A stretch of DNA of 64,000 nucleotides, taken from NCBI RefSeq assembly GCF_018350175.1, contig NC_058368.1:13704001-13768000 (forward strand), given 5' to 3'. Source of the DNA: Felis catus (Eukaryota). A model generated the notes under the pieces. That model was not told the origin of the DNA. It did not search any database and worked only from the letters and a program-made list of their open reading frames with translations. Of this stretch, positions 12,696 to 24,144 are shown piece after piece; positions within the stretch are counted from its first letter, which is position 1, and each line of letters starts with the position of its first letter. The position numbers were made by a program, and so were the translations under genes.

Positions 12696-12894
12696 ACATA
12701 GCACAGCAAAGAGCTTGTTTACTTGGCAGGCTCCTTGTTCGTCAGGGAGAAGCGCTTGGGCTGAGCGGAGTCTCTTGGTTACAAGTACGTCATTCACCAC
12801 ACTTAAACCAGGAAATACAGGGCTCTCAGGAAGCGTATTCGATAATAAAGCACTGAGAGCCAACATTAGCCAATAATCGGTATTACTCTTCATC
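12696..12894 (-). CDS. Candidate exon (199 nt, phase 2/0), with an ATG at 12893
   Basis: Acceptor catttcag|G ATG, donor TGT|gtaaga (alternative in-phase donor CAA|gtaaac at 12723). Encodes MKSNTDYWLMLALSALLSNTLPESPVF...QVNKLFAVLC. Confidence 0.3.
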
Positions 12895-13316
12895 CTGAAA
12901 TGATGCAATCATTTTTACAAGGTAGTCAAGTGGTGGAGATCGGCCGGGTGGACATATTAGGTCTGTTTCCTAGCTCGGTGGCTGGCTCGGTTATTTCAAA
13001 CAGCCACGTTTGAATGATTTGCAGTGTTTCAGCTTCTCTCTTTCAAAATCTCAGATACAGCCATCAGTGGTAGGGTTTATAAGTTCATACAGAGGCAAAT
13101 GTACTGTACTATAAACTCTTTCATACTAGGGACAATGTTTTATTTAGCTTCATATCTAGTGAGCACAATGCTTAGTATTCAATTAATGTTTGCTAAAATT
13201 AACAGTAAGAAAACTAAACAAGCCTTATTAGCCACTAGCTGATTGGACAGACTTTCTTGTTGCCCACTAGCACTGTGTAGTGGAGAGACGCGAAAGAGTA
13301 ACCCAGAGTCACTTAC

Positions 13317-13409
13317 AGACTCACATGGGAAAGCCCGGCGTGACGTTCTAGCCCATGGAGACCATTAGCCTGCCCGTACAGGATGATCTCACTAACACAC
13401 ACTCTCCTC
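13317..13409 (-). CDS. Candidate exon (93 nt, phase 2/2)
   Basis: Acceptor tttttccctttgtgttggtag|, donor CT|gtaagt. Open frame RRVCVSEIILYGQANGLHGLERHAGLSHVS. Confidence 0.25.
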
Positions 13410-13488
13410 CTACCAACACAAAGGGAAAAACAGCTTTCTTAGATTCTCACCATTCTAAGGCCTACTTATTTCTGATTACTTGTTTTTT

Positions 13489-13704
13489 TCTTTTAATTTT
13501 TTTTTTATGTTTATTTCTGAGACAGAGAGAGACAGAGCATGAGCGGGGGAGGGGCACAGAGAGAGGGAGACACAGAATCCGAAGCAGGCTCCAGGCTCTG
13601 AGCTGTCAGCACAGAGCCCCACGCGGGGCTCGAACTCACGGACTGTGAGATCATGACCTGAGCCGAAGTCGGTCGCTCAACCAACTGAGCCGCCCAGGCG
13701 CCCC
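13489..13704 (-). mobile_element. Can-SINE (low divergence)
   Basis: Full SINEC_Fc. TSD TGATTACTTGTTTTTT. Confidence 0.96.
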
Positions 13705-14009
13705 TGATTACTTGTTTTTTGGCAGGCACTACATAAATACCAAAGAAACAGTGCTGAAACTGAAGTGATTTTTCATTTCCACTCCTAGAAAATTCATAGG
13801 AACTATTATGTCTTGTGGATGAGTACAGCTGGAATTCTCTCTATCCTGGAGAGCACACAGCAAAGATACTGAATGAAACACTCTTTCCAGAGAACCATAG
13901 AATCCTACTTCTGTCCTTTGGTGATTTACAACCAAACACTTGGGTGACTCTTTAAAGAAAAAACACCCATGCTTCACATTAAGAAACTGTTAATAGCAGG
14001 TAGGGTTGC

Positions 14010-14210
14010 ACAGGCTGTGAAGTGAAAAGAACTGAGTTTGAGATCTGTCACTTACTAGCCGTGTGACATTAGGCAAATCACTTCACCTCTCTGGGCCTCA
14101 GTTGTTATAACTATTCCCATCTCTCAGCCTACATATAGGACCCAGATGAAACTGGGTACATTCTAAGAGCTCTGTAAACTATAACACAGATTATAATGTT
14201 ATTCATTACT
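14010..14210. mobile_element. MIR remnant
   Basis: ctgtcacttactagccgtgtgacattaggcaaatcacttcacctctctgggcctcagt (MIR core). Confidence 0.7.
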
Positions 14211-14573
14211 GTTTTCTAGATGCTTCTTTCTGTTAATCTAGAAGGGAGAGATCTAAATGGCAGGCAAATGCCCAGTTTAAAGGCAGTAAATCTGAAAGAT
14301 AATACTGCAAACTGGAGTGAATGCCACTGCAGTAGAGTGAAAATCGAATCCTCGATTTAGCCAGGTGTCCAGAGATAACAGTGCGCACCAGGAAGGTAAA
14401 AATGTCTTTTTGCACAAGTCTGTGTAGAAAACTAAAGGATTCAGCTCTCAGTTCTGGTGTCTCTGATGTCAGAGTGATTTCTCACACCCAGAAATGATAA
14501 CAATGGACACTTGTGCACTGGCTATCACACATACTTTTTTCCCTTAAGTTGCAACACTATTATGTCTTCTTAC

Positions 14574-14651
14574 ATAGGCAAGTTCGGCTTTTTACACAGG
14601 TCTACAAGTCTAATGTAAAACTTTGCGCATGTGCTTGCATGAAAAATACTA
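14574..14651 (-). CDS. Candidate exon (78 nt, phase 2/2) of an unrecognised gene model
   Basis: Acceptor (T)n-gtttccaccaacag|, donor AT|gtaaga. One open frame, SIFHASTCAKFYIRLVDLCKKPNLP. No homology recognised. Confidence 0.25.
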
Positions 14652-17339
14652 CTGTTGGTGGAAACAAAAAAAAAAAAAAGGCTGGCATGTCCAAGGTGTG
14701 AGACCCTCCACAACAACAAGCTTTCAGTGAATTTACGCTTCCCTATAAACCTAGGCACCTCCTTGTAAAATAAGCATTTTTTGCGGCATTTTTAATGGCC
14801 CAGTTCCTCTAGTCATTAAGAAACAAATTTTTTATGGATTTTAGTACTGTTCTATTCAGAAAAATTGTGTATTTTATGGGGGAACATATACACAGCTGCC
14901 ATATATTTCTCAGGTTTCTAGTTAACAACCTTTGCCTTGCACAGTTGGACTGCTGGTGTAAGTTTGTTGGGGAACCCTTCATTTTCTTATCTTGCTTAAC
15001 TTCTATCCCTCTCTTTCCCTCCTGACAATGGTCGCAGCTCTCCTGACACTGAAGCACGGAAAACAGATGGCGTCCCATCTCTCTTCTCAGGGCTTTGTCG
15101 AATTGCATCCGCAGAACTACACTGGGGGAGAAATGTGGGTGCCAAACACATTTTGCTCCTCTAAGATGGGATAACTTCCCTTTCTGCACTGTGATCAAAA
15201 GGAAGCTGCACCCACGGAGGGTCCAGTGAGGTGCACCTCTGGATACTGTGCACGGTTCCTTCCTCTGAGCAGTCTGTCTCCATGGAGACAGACATGCAAC
15301 AGAAGAATCAAGACGGGGCCAGGTGGGGACCAGGAGCAGCAGGGGAGATGCCAAGAGTCAACAGATGGGGAAAAAAAAAAACCAAGAAACACTAAATGAG
15401 AAACCCAATTGTTTGAGTGGGAGAATTTACCTTCTAGATGATTTTTACAATATTTCCTCATCTCAAAACAAGAAAACAAACAAGACTGTCCTTAGGTGAG
15501 TAAAACTAAAGCTTTAGCTGTTCACTTCATCACATATAATTTCTTCAGAGTATTCTGAATATTCTGTAATCATTTCAATGTTTAACACGGTAGATCTGCT
15601 TGATTGTCACGAAGCCACATTAGTGAGGAAGTAGATGATCAGGAAAACTATTGCGTTTACTTGGCACATGATTGTATTTCCACTTAAAGCCCTCATCAAG
15701 TTGCACACATGATAGGATCTATTAAATTCTTGGCCTTCTCTTGCATCTCATTAATTTCAGAGAGTGATATCTGATGATCACATTTCAGAAATTGTCAGAA
15801 GCGTCTTACTCCTTTTGTTGCTTGTTGCCAAGCGAGAACAATCGTGTAATGACACCACACGTTTCAACATGCCTTTTCCTAATGAGTCTTAGGGGGAAAT
15901 GCAACTTACGAGAATAAAGAAAACAGTCTGCTACTTCCCACAACATCAAAACCATAGGAATATGGCTTTGTGTGCATAATACCACATGACTATAATGTCT
16001 GCAATGGGGTGGTTATATTCTACATAGAATATGAGATACCACTGCTAATAAATACTCATATTATTTGCACATGCCAATATAAAGTCTTCAGTAACACATA
16101 ATTTGTTACCATTTCTAAGAACCAAGGGATAAAAGGGAACTGTAAAAGATCAAAACATCAGGTCTCAGCTTTGCCTCTGAACAATTCATTACATGCCACA
16201 TGACACAAAAGCAAATGTGTTTAATGGTACAACTTTTAAAAAACAGGAATATGTTCATTTTGTTCCATCACCGCTCAGGATTGTTTTCAAAATAAAACAG
16301 TGAATAATAATCAATGCAGGAAAAATAAGGTAGTAAATGAGGTGTATTTATCTAAAACCCTCTGTCCTCAGAGACCAAGAGTGACTTACCACTTGGGGCT
16401 TGAAGTGCACGTGTGACAGCCAATGTCACGGTAGCCAAAAACGAAATGAGAACAATGGTCTCAACCGCATTCTCAAGGTGATGCTTTTTAAAGAGATGCC
16501 TTTGAGTTTATGTCAGTGACACAACTTTTTATGACATTGCAATGTTGTTCTGTGACATTGTGAAGATATCCTTGGATATAGCACAAACCTGTGATATTTC
16601 AAAAGGCTTAACAATTCATGTACTCAGGAAGTACTCTAACAACCAAGACATGAAAATAATCTAATTTTTTGTGGTCAGTGTTATAGTTTAGTTTAATTCA
16701 TGATAATCACATTCCGTCCTCCTGTATGATTTGAGTCAAGTGAAAAGATCTGCATGCCCCAAATATAACTCCTTTGTCCACATTAAGTCCTATTAGAGTC
16801 AATTGTAGATTCTGACATTATTTCCAAAAGAACCCTATTCAACTTAAAATTCTATCACCAATAATTAATTAAATTATAGTAGTAAAAAACAAAAACAAAT
16901 GGTTAGCTGGTTGAAGATCCTTCAGGAAATATGACCAGAACAAATAATATAAAGAGATATGGAGATTGAGATTAAGGGAGAGAGAAACAGTTTGACATTT
17001 ACTGAATACATGCCACGTCCAATGCATTATAATTTTTAGTCCTGAAAATGAATTGTTATAACTCCCGTATTACATAGTAGATCATGCAGTCAATGAGGAG
17101 CACATCCTGAAATCTGGCTCCACTGATGAGAGAATAAGGGTGGTAGGTGGGTGTGGAGAAAGGTCTGGAGAAGGTCCAGGGCATGAGGAGGTCCTGGGAC
17201 AGCCAGGACAGTAGTAGGCTAGATGTCACAGGAAAAAGCTCCAAAGGCAAGTTACACTGAAGGGATGCAGATGGACCTAACAGAATCCCAGCATTGGCTC
17301 TCTTTTATTTCATGATCACGTTTCAAACTTTTGAAGAAC

Positions 17340-17567
17340 AGGAGCACCTGGGTGGCTCAGTCGGTTATGCATTCGGCTCTTGATATCGTCTCAGATCATG
17401 ATCTCTCGATTCATGAGATGGAGCCCCACGTCAGCCTCTGTGCTGACAATGGGGAGCCTGCTTGGAATTCTCTCTCTCCCTCTCTCTCTCTCTCTTTGCC
17501 CCTTTCCTGTTCATGCATACACACTCTCTCCCTTTCAAAATACATTAAAAAAAAAACATTTAAAAAA
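17340..17567 (+). mobile_element. Can-SINE
   Basis: SINE head, CT tract and A-tail. Confidence 0.93.
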
Positions 17568-17859
17568 CTTTCGAAGAACGGAGGGGAGAGTGATTCACAT
17601 AGATGAAACTACGAGTGTGCTTCAATCTTCAGGTGCTTCAAATGCAGTAGCAAAATGTTGGGGAGGGAGGATTTATAAAAACCAAGTGGGGTAGTGCTTG
17701 TGAGTGCGACGAGTGTGTATATAAGTGTGAGGTGTGAGGCTGTGCACGCATGCACGTGGGAGTGTAGTATGCATGTGAAGGAGTGTGGTATGTCTGTATG
17801 TGTGTGGTAAAGCCCACTTCACATATCAGTTTTTGAATTCCTCACATTGTTACAAAGGA

Positions 17860-18232
17860 ATAGTATTTACCAATTAAAAAGAATGGTGTACTGATACGTG
17901 CTATACAGAAGAGTTGGATCTTGAAAACATACTAAGTGAAAGAAAAGTCACAAAAGACCCCATAAGGTATGGTCCCATTTATATGAAATGCCTAGAAGAG
18001 GCAAATCTTTAGAGACATAAAGCATATTATTGTCTGCCAAGGGCTGGGAAAGGGGTAATGGGTACTGACTGCTAATGTGTATAGGATTTTCGTGGGGAGC
18101 GATAAAACATTCTCAAATTATATTTTGGTGATGGTTACACGACTCTGTGAATATACTAAACACCATCGAATTGTATATTTTAAATGAGCAGATTTTATGC
18201 ATGTGAATTATATCTTAATAAAGATGAAAAAA
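17860..18232 (+). mobile_element. Old L1M 3'UTR fragment
   Basis: ctaagtgaaagaa..gtcacaaaagacc...ccatttatatgaaatg...gtgaattatatcttaataaag. Confidence 0.75.
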
Positions 18233-18746
18233 ATTAATTTGGGATCCAAATGCCTGGATACAAGTTTCCAAGAGAAGATGCAAAGAGATAAACATATGTC
18301 CCTTAAAAATATGTCATCTTTTGGCAGCAAGGACTATAAGAGTACATTGATCTTAATTTGAAAGAAACTGGTAATCCTTACATAGAAAATAATTCATAAA
18401 TTATGTGAGAGAGCCAGGTGTTCATGGACCCCCTTCGTAAAAGCTGTGTAGGTAGAATGAAAATGAACTCAGGTTATGATACCACTCAAATCTCTCCCCT
18501 AGGGCTTTGCATTGCATATTTAGTACACGTAAAGATTACATCATAATAAAGATGATTATAAAGTAGAGGGAAAGTGTGGTTGAGGATTCCATCTAAGTTT
18601 CCTTAAAGCAGCAATTCCGGGTTACTGCCAAAATATTTATAAAGATATAGTACTTTAGGCAAAATAGAGATTTCCTAGTAAGATATTTGTTTATGTACAG
18701 GGAATTTCATTTGTTTGTTTTGTTTTGTTTTAAATAGACTTTCTTT

Positions 18747-18935
18747 GGGACACCTGGATGGCTCAGTAGGTCAAGCGTCTGACTCTGGATTTTGGCTCAG
18801 GTCATGATCCCACAGTTCATGAGTTCAAGACCACATCAGGCTCTCTCCCTCTCTCTCTGCCCCTCCCCCACTCTCTCTCTCTCAATAAATAACTTTAAAC
18901 CTAAACTTTAAAAACCAAACAAATACAATAAAATT
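18747..18935 (+). mobile_element. Can-SINE (internally deleted)
   Basis: SINE head joined early to the CT tract. Confidence 0.88.
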
Positions 18936-18939
18936 CGAC

Positions 18940-19630
18940 TTTATTTTTTAGGCACTTTCAGGTTCACAGCAAAATTAAGCAGAAGGTGTAGAGATTTCCA
19001 TACACCCCTTACCCCCGTCCATATGCACAGCCTCCCCCACTATTAACATCCCACACCACAATGGTACACTTGCTGCATTCAATGAACACATCACTTCTAC
19101 CCAAAGACCATAGTTAAAATTTGAGTTCGCACTCTGCTGAATATTCTATGGGTTTGGAGAAATGTAAATGGCATGTATCCATTACTGTAGTATCATACAG
19201 GATAGTTTCATTGCCCTAAAAATCCTCTGTGCTCTGCATACTCCTCTCTCCCTCACCACAAACCCAAGCAACCACTGCTCCCTTTACTATCTTCACAGTT
19301 TTGCCTTTCTCAGAATGTCATATAATTGGAATCATAGCACATATCCTTTTCAAATTGTCATCTTTAAGCTTCCTCCACGTCTTTTCAGGGCTTGATAGTG
19401 CATTTCTCTTTAGCACTGAATAATATTCCATTATCTAGGTGTACCACACTTTGGTTATCCATTCACCTTGCTTCCAAGTTCTGGCAGCTATGAATAAAGT
19501 TGGTATAAACATTTCTGTGCAAGTTTTTGTGTGGACATTAAGTTTTCAGTTCATCTGAGTAATTACCCAAGAGAGTGATTGTCAGATTGTACACTAAGAG
19601 TGTGCTTAATTTTCGAAGAAACTGCGACAA
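18940..19630 (-). mobile_element. Old L1M 3' fragment
   Basis: ttcaggttcacagcaaaattaagcagaagg...taatattccatt...tatgaataaag. Confidence 0.75.
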
Positions 19631-19889
19631 TTGTTTTAATTACAAAGACTGTAAGATTCAGACAGAAAAATAAGGTTACCTAAAGAGGGAACATCAATTT
19701 CAAATCAGATTGTCAGATGACAAGGTCTCAAACTGTAGAAAGTTTTAAGAGAAGGAAGTTGTAACTTTAGACTTTTCTATAGGATCGTTGTTGGTCATTT
19801 ATGAAACCAGAAGACAAATATTCTCAGAGATGCAAGGGCTCTGAAAATCTGTTACCCAGATAACCTTCTTGCAAAATCTACTTGAAATG

Positions 19890-20090
19890 GGGGCACCTGG
19901 GTGGCTCAGGCATTTAAGTGCCCACCTCTTGATTTTGGCTCAGGTCATGATTTCACAGTCTGTGAGATCGAGCCTCAAGTTGGTCTCTGAGCTGATAGCA
20001 GGGAGCCTGCTTGGGAGTCTCTCTCTCCCTCTCTCTCTCTGTCCCTTCCCCCTCTCTCAAAAGTAAATAAACTTAAAAATGTTTTTTCTT
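19890..20090 (+). mobile_element. Can-SINE
   Basis: TSD AAATCTACTTGAA. Confidence 0.93.
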
Positions 20091-22875
20091 AAATCTACTT
20101 GAACTCTAAGTTGGATAAAGCAAATTAGAATTCAAGCATGGAGAAATTATTGTGTAAGAAGATGGTGATAAACACAGTTTTCCCTGCTCTCCTTAATTAG
20201 AACATAATCCTGCACTACAGGTTCTCTAGGACTCTGTACCTTCTGGATGACACTTGTCACAGATGCTGGTGTATACATGTTGCTGTAACTGCTTGATCTA
20301 CGTCTGTCACCCCCACTACACTGTGAGGTCCTTGCAAACAGGCGGTGTGTGATATTGCTCACCTTTGCAGGTATCCCTGCCAACAGCAGGATGCCCAGCA
20401 TCGGAACAGGCTCTTACTTCTTTGTGAAGAAAATGAACCTGGTGTCTCTTCTGTTACACTTACCATATCCACACTCAAATGTAATATTTGTGACCTGTGT
20501 CTCCTTTTTAATGCCTCAAGTACCAGGACTAAGATGCATTATCTCTGCACCTCAGGAGTTTCTTCACAGTTTCCAGACTAAATAGTCACTCAACTAATAT
20601 TTGCTAAATTATTGGATGCAATTCCCTGCCACACCCTCTTCCCCACCTCACACCCCCGCCACACTATCCAACCAAAAGCTATGTGCTTTTTCACACTTCC
20701 ATGCCTTTATCTGTGTTGTTTTAGCCTCTGATTCTTTGCCCCACCTTCTCTATTTCATGAACCACCAGACCTTCCAGGTAGCTCCAGCCCTGTCCCCTCT
20801 GTCAACACTCAGGCAGAACTTGCTCCTTCCACAGCAAATGGACTATGTTGTACTAAAATTGTTTGTTCATGTGTTTTCTTGCACATGAAATGGTGGGCTT
20901 CTGAGGGCTAAGATTTTTACTTTCCCAACTTTAGCTACCATGTTACCTAACTCATAATAAGTGCTCATTAATATTTGTGTTTTTTTTAAATAACCTGCTG
21001 AAGGAGCCACATGGGTATGTAAGTTGTTGTTTATCTATTCAGAAGGGTTTTGTTGGGCCAAATTGAAAGTAGCAAAATAAAAATGGAAACTAGGCATCGA
21101 GGGAGGGTGTGCAAATGATGAACAAGCATTTCCAAATATACCTGAGCTTGGTTTCATTATGGAGGAAGATTTTGTACTCCCTGTGTGTCAGAGAACAGAA
21201 CTTTCCAGGTCTAGTAAATGCAGCTAAGCTCAAGCTTTAGGTCCATTGCACTGAAATTATTTTCTGTCTTTTGGTTATCATCATGAAGTTTTACTGCTCA
21301 TCACTAAAAGATGAGGAGGAAAATTATTCATTGTCTCAAATGTTCTAATTAATAGCTAAATCAAGAAATGTCCCTTATCAAAATTTCCTTTGGTCTATTG
21401 TGCTAGACTAATTTTCTCTGTCATATGAAAGTGTCATAATTTTTGGTACTTAATGGACTCAAAGTTTTAATGGGAAGATTTAGTTAATCTTTTAAAATCT
21501 GGCTTTTGTTAATATATACTTCCTTAGCTATAGACACTATGGTTAGATTTGCTTGGTCTATAATTGGTCTCTCTCTTTTGAACTTATTTTTGCTGAGGTT
21601 TTTTTTTTTTTTCCTGATCTTGAAAGAATAAGGTAATCTAACTCCACCTGCCTATTGATGAGGGTTTTCATGCACAGTCGTCTTTTAAGTAACACTCCTG
21701 CTGAGAAACCGTTTGCACACAAGGAGAACCAAAATGTAAGACTTGCCTGAGACAGCACAAGCAATTTTGGATAGACAGAGACCCAAATAAAATGAACATA
21801 ACCCGAGAGATCCATGGGTCAAAATATGCTAAAAAGAATTCAAACTGCTATTATAAATTCATCTGGAAAATAGTCTATAAAAGTCAGTACTTTGAATCTC
21901 ACATAAAGGCATCCTACTGAAACAGGAAATGCTAGGGTATTACAACAATGGCTACTCTATTCTCTATAACATAAATATGAAGGTCCTAGAAAGCAGTCTT
22001 CAAATTCTATCTTTTACAATATCAAATCCATTTTATAAAATTTGGAAAGTTCTAGAAGCAGCCTGACATTGGAGCAAGGATTGCTCAGGATACTGTTTCT
22101 TTTACATAGGAAAAAGTGAAGTATGTTGGTTCTTGTCTACAAATGCAAGAAGCAGAAACTTGAAAATTAAAGTTGTGATATTAATGAATCTCACCCAATT
22201 ATTATCACAATTATTACTGATGTTTAATTACTCTTATCACTTCTGATTTGACCTTTGCAAAGTAAGGGTACTAGAATAGGAGTCATGGGTTTCAATGCTT
22301 CTATGTGCCCATGGGTAAATCCTTCTATCTTTTTGGATTTCAGTTTCTCTATAAAATTAAGAGGTTGAATAAAATTATTCCAACCTTGGTTTTGTGACTA
22401 AACTTAGCTATAGAAAAAAGAGATTTAATCATGATCTGGAAATAAGATAAAAATTCAACAAAAGTTAAGAGAGGATATTTGACTTAAAAGACAAAGAAAA
22501 CACATTCAATTGATAGTTTGCTGTATCACCACCTATAGATGAGATTGGTGTCAAAGACATGAAAAGAAAAAATGGAAAAACTTTAAGCCAAGAAAGGCAA
22601 ATAAATTGCTGATGGTAGAGGCTGTCTAGAGCAGGATGTAGAAGGTTTCAAGGCCAAGTCTGAGTTCAGTGGGAAAGAATGTTGTGATTTATTAGCACTA
22701 TCTACCTTGGGTTCAGAAGAGAAGAGTAGTAGTGTATGCAAGGTATTTGCCACATAAAACAATATTCTAACCATGTGTAGTAGATTCCTATTATTTGTGC
22801 CGAAGACTTAGAACAGCGTCTATTCTCAACACAACAGTATATCATTTGTCACAGGATATACAATAAAATACAACT

Positions 22876-23039
22876 TTTTAAAATGGTCATTTATTTTTGA
22901 GAGAGACAGGGGGCAGAGGATCCAAAGCAGGCTCCACACTGACAGCAGCGAGCCCAATACGGGGCTCAATTCATGAACCATGAGATCATGACCTGAGCTA
23001 AAGTCAGACACTCAACCAAAGGAGCCACCCAGGAGCCCC
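22876..23039 (-). mobile_element. Can-SINE (short)
   Basis: Reverse-complement SINE body. Confidence 0.9.
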
Positions 23040-23109
23040 AGTAAAATGTAACTTTAAAATGGAAGTAAATTCTTTCAGGTTCTTAATTATTGTTTAAGTA
23101 CAAGATTAG

Positions 23110-23475
23110 AGCAGAAAAGCTGGTTGCAGCTACGTTCATCTTTTATGCAGTAGTAGTAGAAGCTCTAGAAATTTATTGAGCACACAACTGCCCAGAATAA
23201 GTACTCCGTTTTCGGCCTCTCTTACAGATAGATGGGGCTACTTCACTAAGTGCTGACCAATGAGATATCAGAAGAAATGATGTGAGCAACTTGCAGGCTG
23301 TGCTCTTTCCCCTTCCTGCGGGTTCCAAAGCCCACTGGGTGAGGGCAAGCCACTAGGGAATGATGATGAGGTTAACACCTGGAGTCACTATATCAGCCAT
23401 ATACTGCTTACACATGGAAAGTTGCTGTCTTGCTTAATCCACTATAATTTCAGGTCTCTGTTAGAGCAACCAAAC
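23110..23475. mobile_element. MLT1-like LTR remnant
   Basis: ctgaccaatgagatatcagaagaaatgatgtg...; terminus gtctctgttagagca. Confidence 0.5.
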
Positions 23476-23539
23476 CCATACCTCACCTAATAAAATACTT
23501 ACTTTGGGGTATGGGAATGTGCACAAGAAACACGTGCCT

Positions 23540-23606
23540 TTTGTGACTTAGAAGAAAGGCATTTGTGACTTAGAGAAAGAAAATGTGACTTAGAAGAAAG
23601 GCATTT
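23540..23606. repeat. Tandem repeat of about 22 bp, three copies
   Basis: TGTGACTTAGAAGAAAGGCATT-like unit seen three times. Confidence 0.9.
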
Positions 23607-23724
23607 CCATCGTGTGGATATTCCCAAGAAGTCACAGGAGGTGAAACTAGTGATGCAGCTTTAGGAGGTAAAGGAAGCGGTGCAGCTGCCGGGCAGACCT
23701 TTCGTAAAACTTTATTTCTTACAT

Positions 23725-23930
23725 TGGGGTTACATAGGTCAAAGCCAGCAAACCATCTGTTTATAAATAAAGTTTTATTGGAACATAGCCATGTTTATTT
23801 GCATGTTGTCTAGGCTGCCTTCTGAGCTACAATGCAAAGTTGAGTAGGACTGACAGAGATTGTTTGGGCCACAAAGTCTAAAATATTTGCTATCTGGACC
23901 TTTACAGAGAAAGTATATTGGTGCCTGACT
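23725..23930. mobile_element. MER58A-like hAT MITE
   Basis: aaataaagttttattggaacatagccatg...aaatatttgctatctggacctttacagagaaagt. Confidence 0.75.
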
Positions 23931-23947
23931 TAAAAGATAGAAGCCTT

Positions 23948-24144
23948 GGGGCGCCTGGGTGGTTCAGTCAGTTAAGCATCCAACTTCGGTTTGGGTCATG
24001 ATCTCACGGTTCGTGGGTTCCATGACAGGCTTTGTGCTGACAGCACAGAGCCTGCTTTAGATTCTCTGTCTCCATCTCCCTCTGCCACTCCAACCTTCGT
24101 GCACGCGCTCTTGCTCTCTCTCAAAAATAAAAACATTAAAAAAA
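23948..24144 (+). mobile_element. Can-SINE
   Basis: GGGGCGCCTGGGTGG head and A-tail. Confidence 0.93.

Noticed and set aside
14809..15354. 181-aa minus-strand ORF, the longest non-L1 ORF
   Set aside because: It starts at a non-ATG codon, has no recognisable homology, and I found no convincing donor linking it to the candidate exons.
15430..16030. Further upstream minus-strand exon candidates (donors near 15430, 15810 and 15909)
   Set aside because: Several acceptor and phase choices fit equally well, so none can be supported. This also shows how easily such exons arise by chance.
23540..23606. Short direct repeats as a CRISPR-like array
   Set aside because: The repeats have no unique spacers and the context is mammalian.
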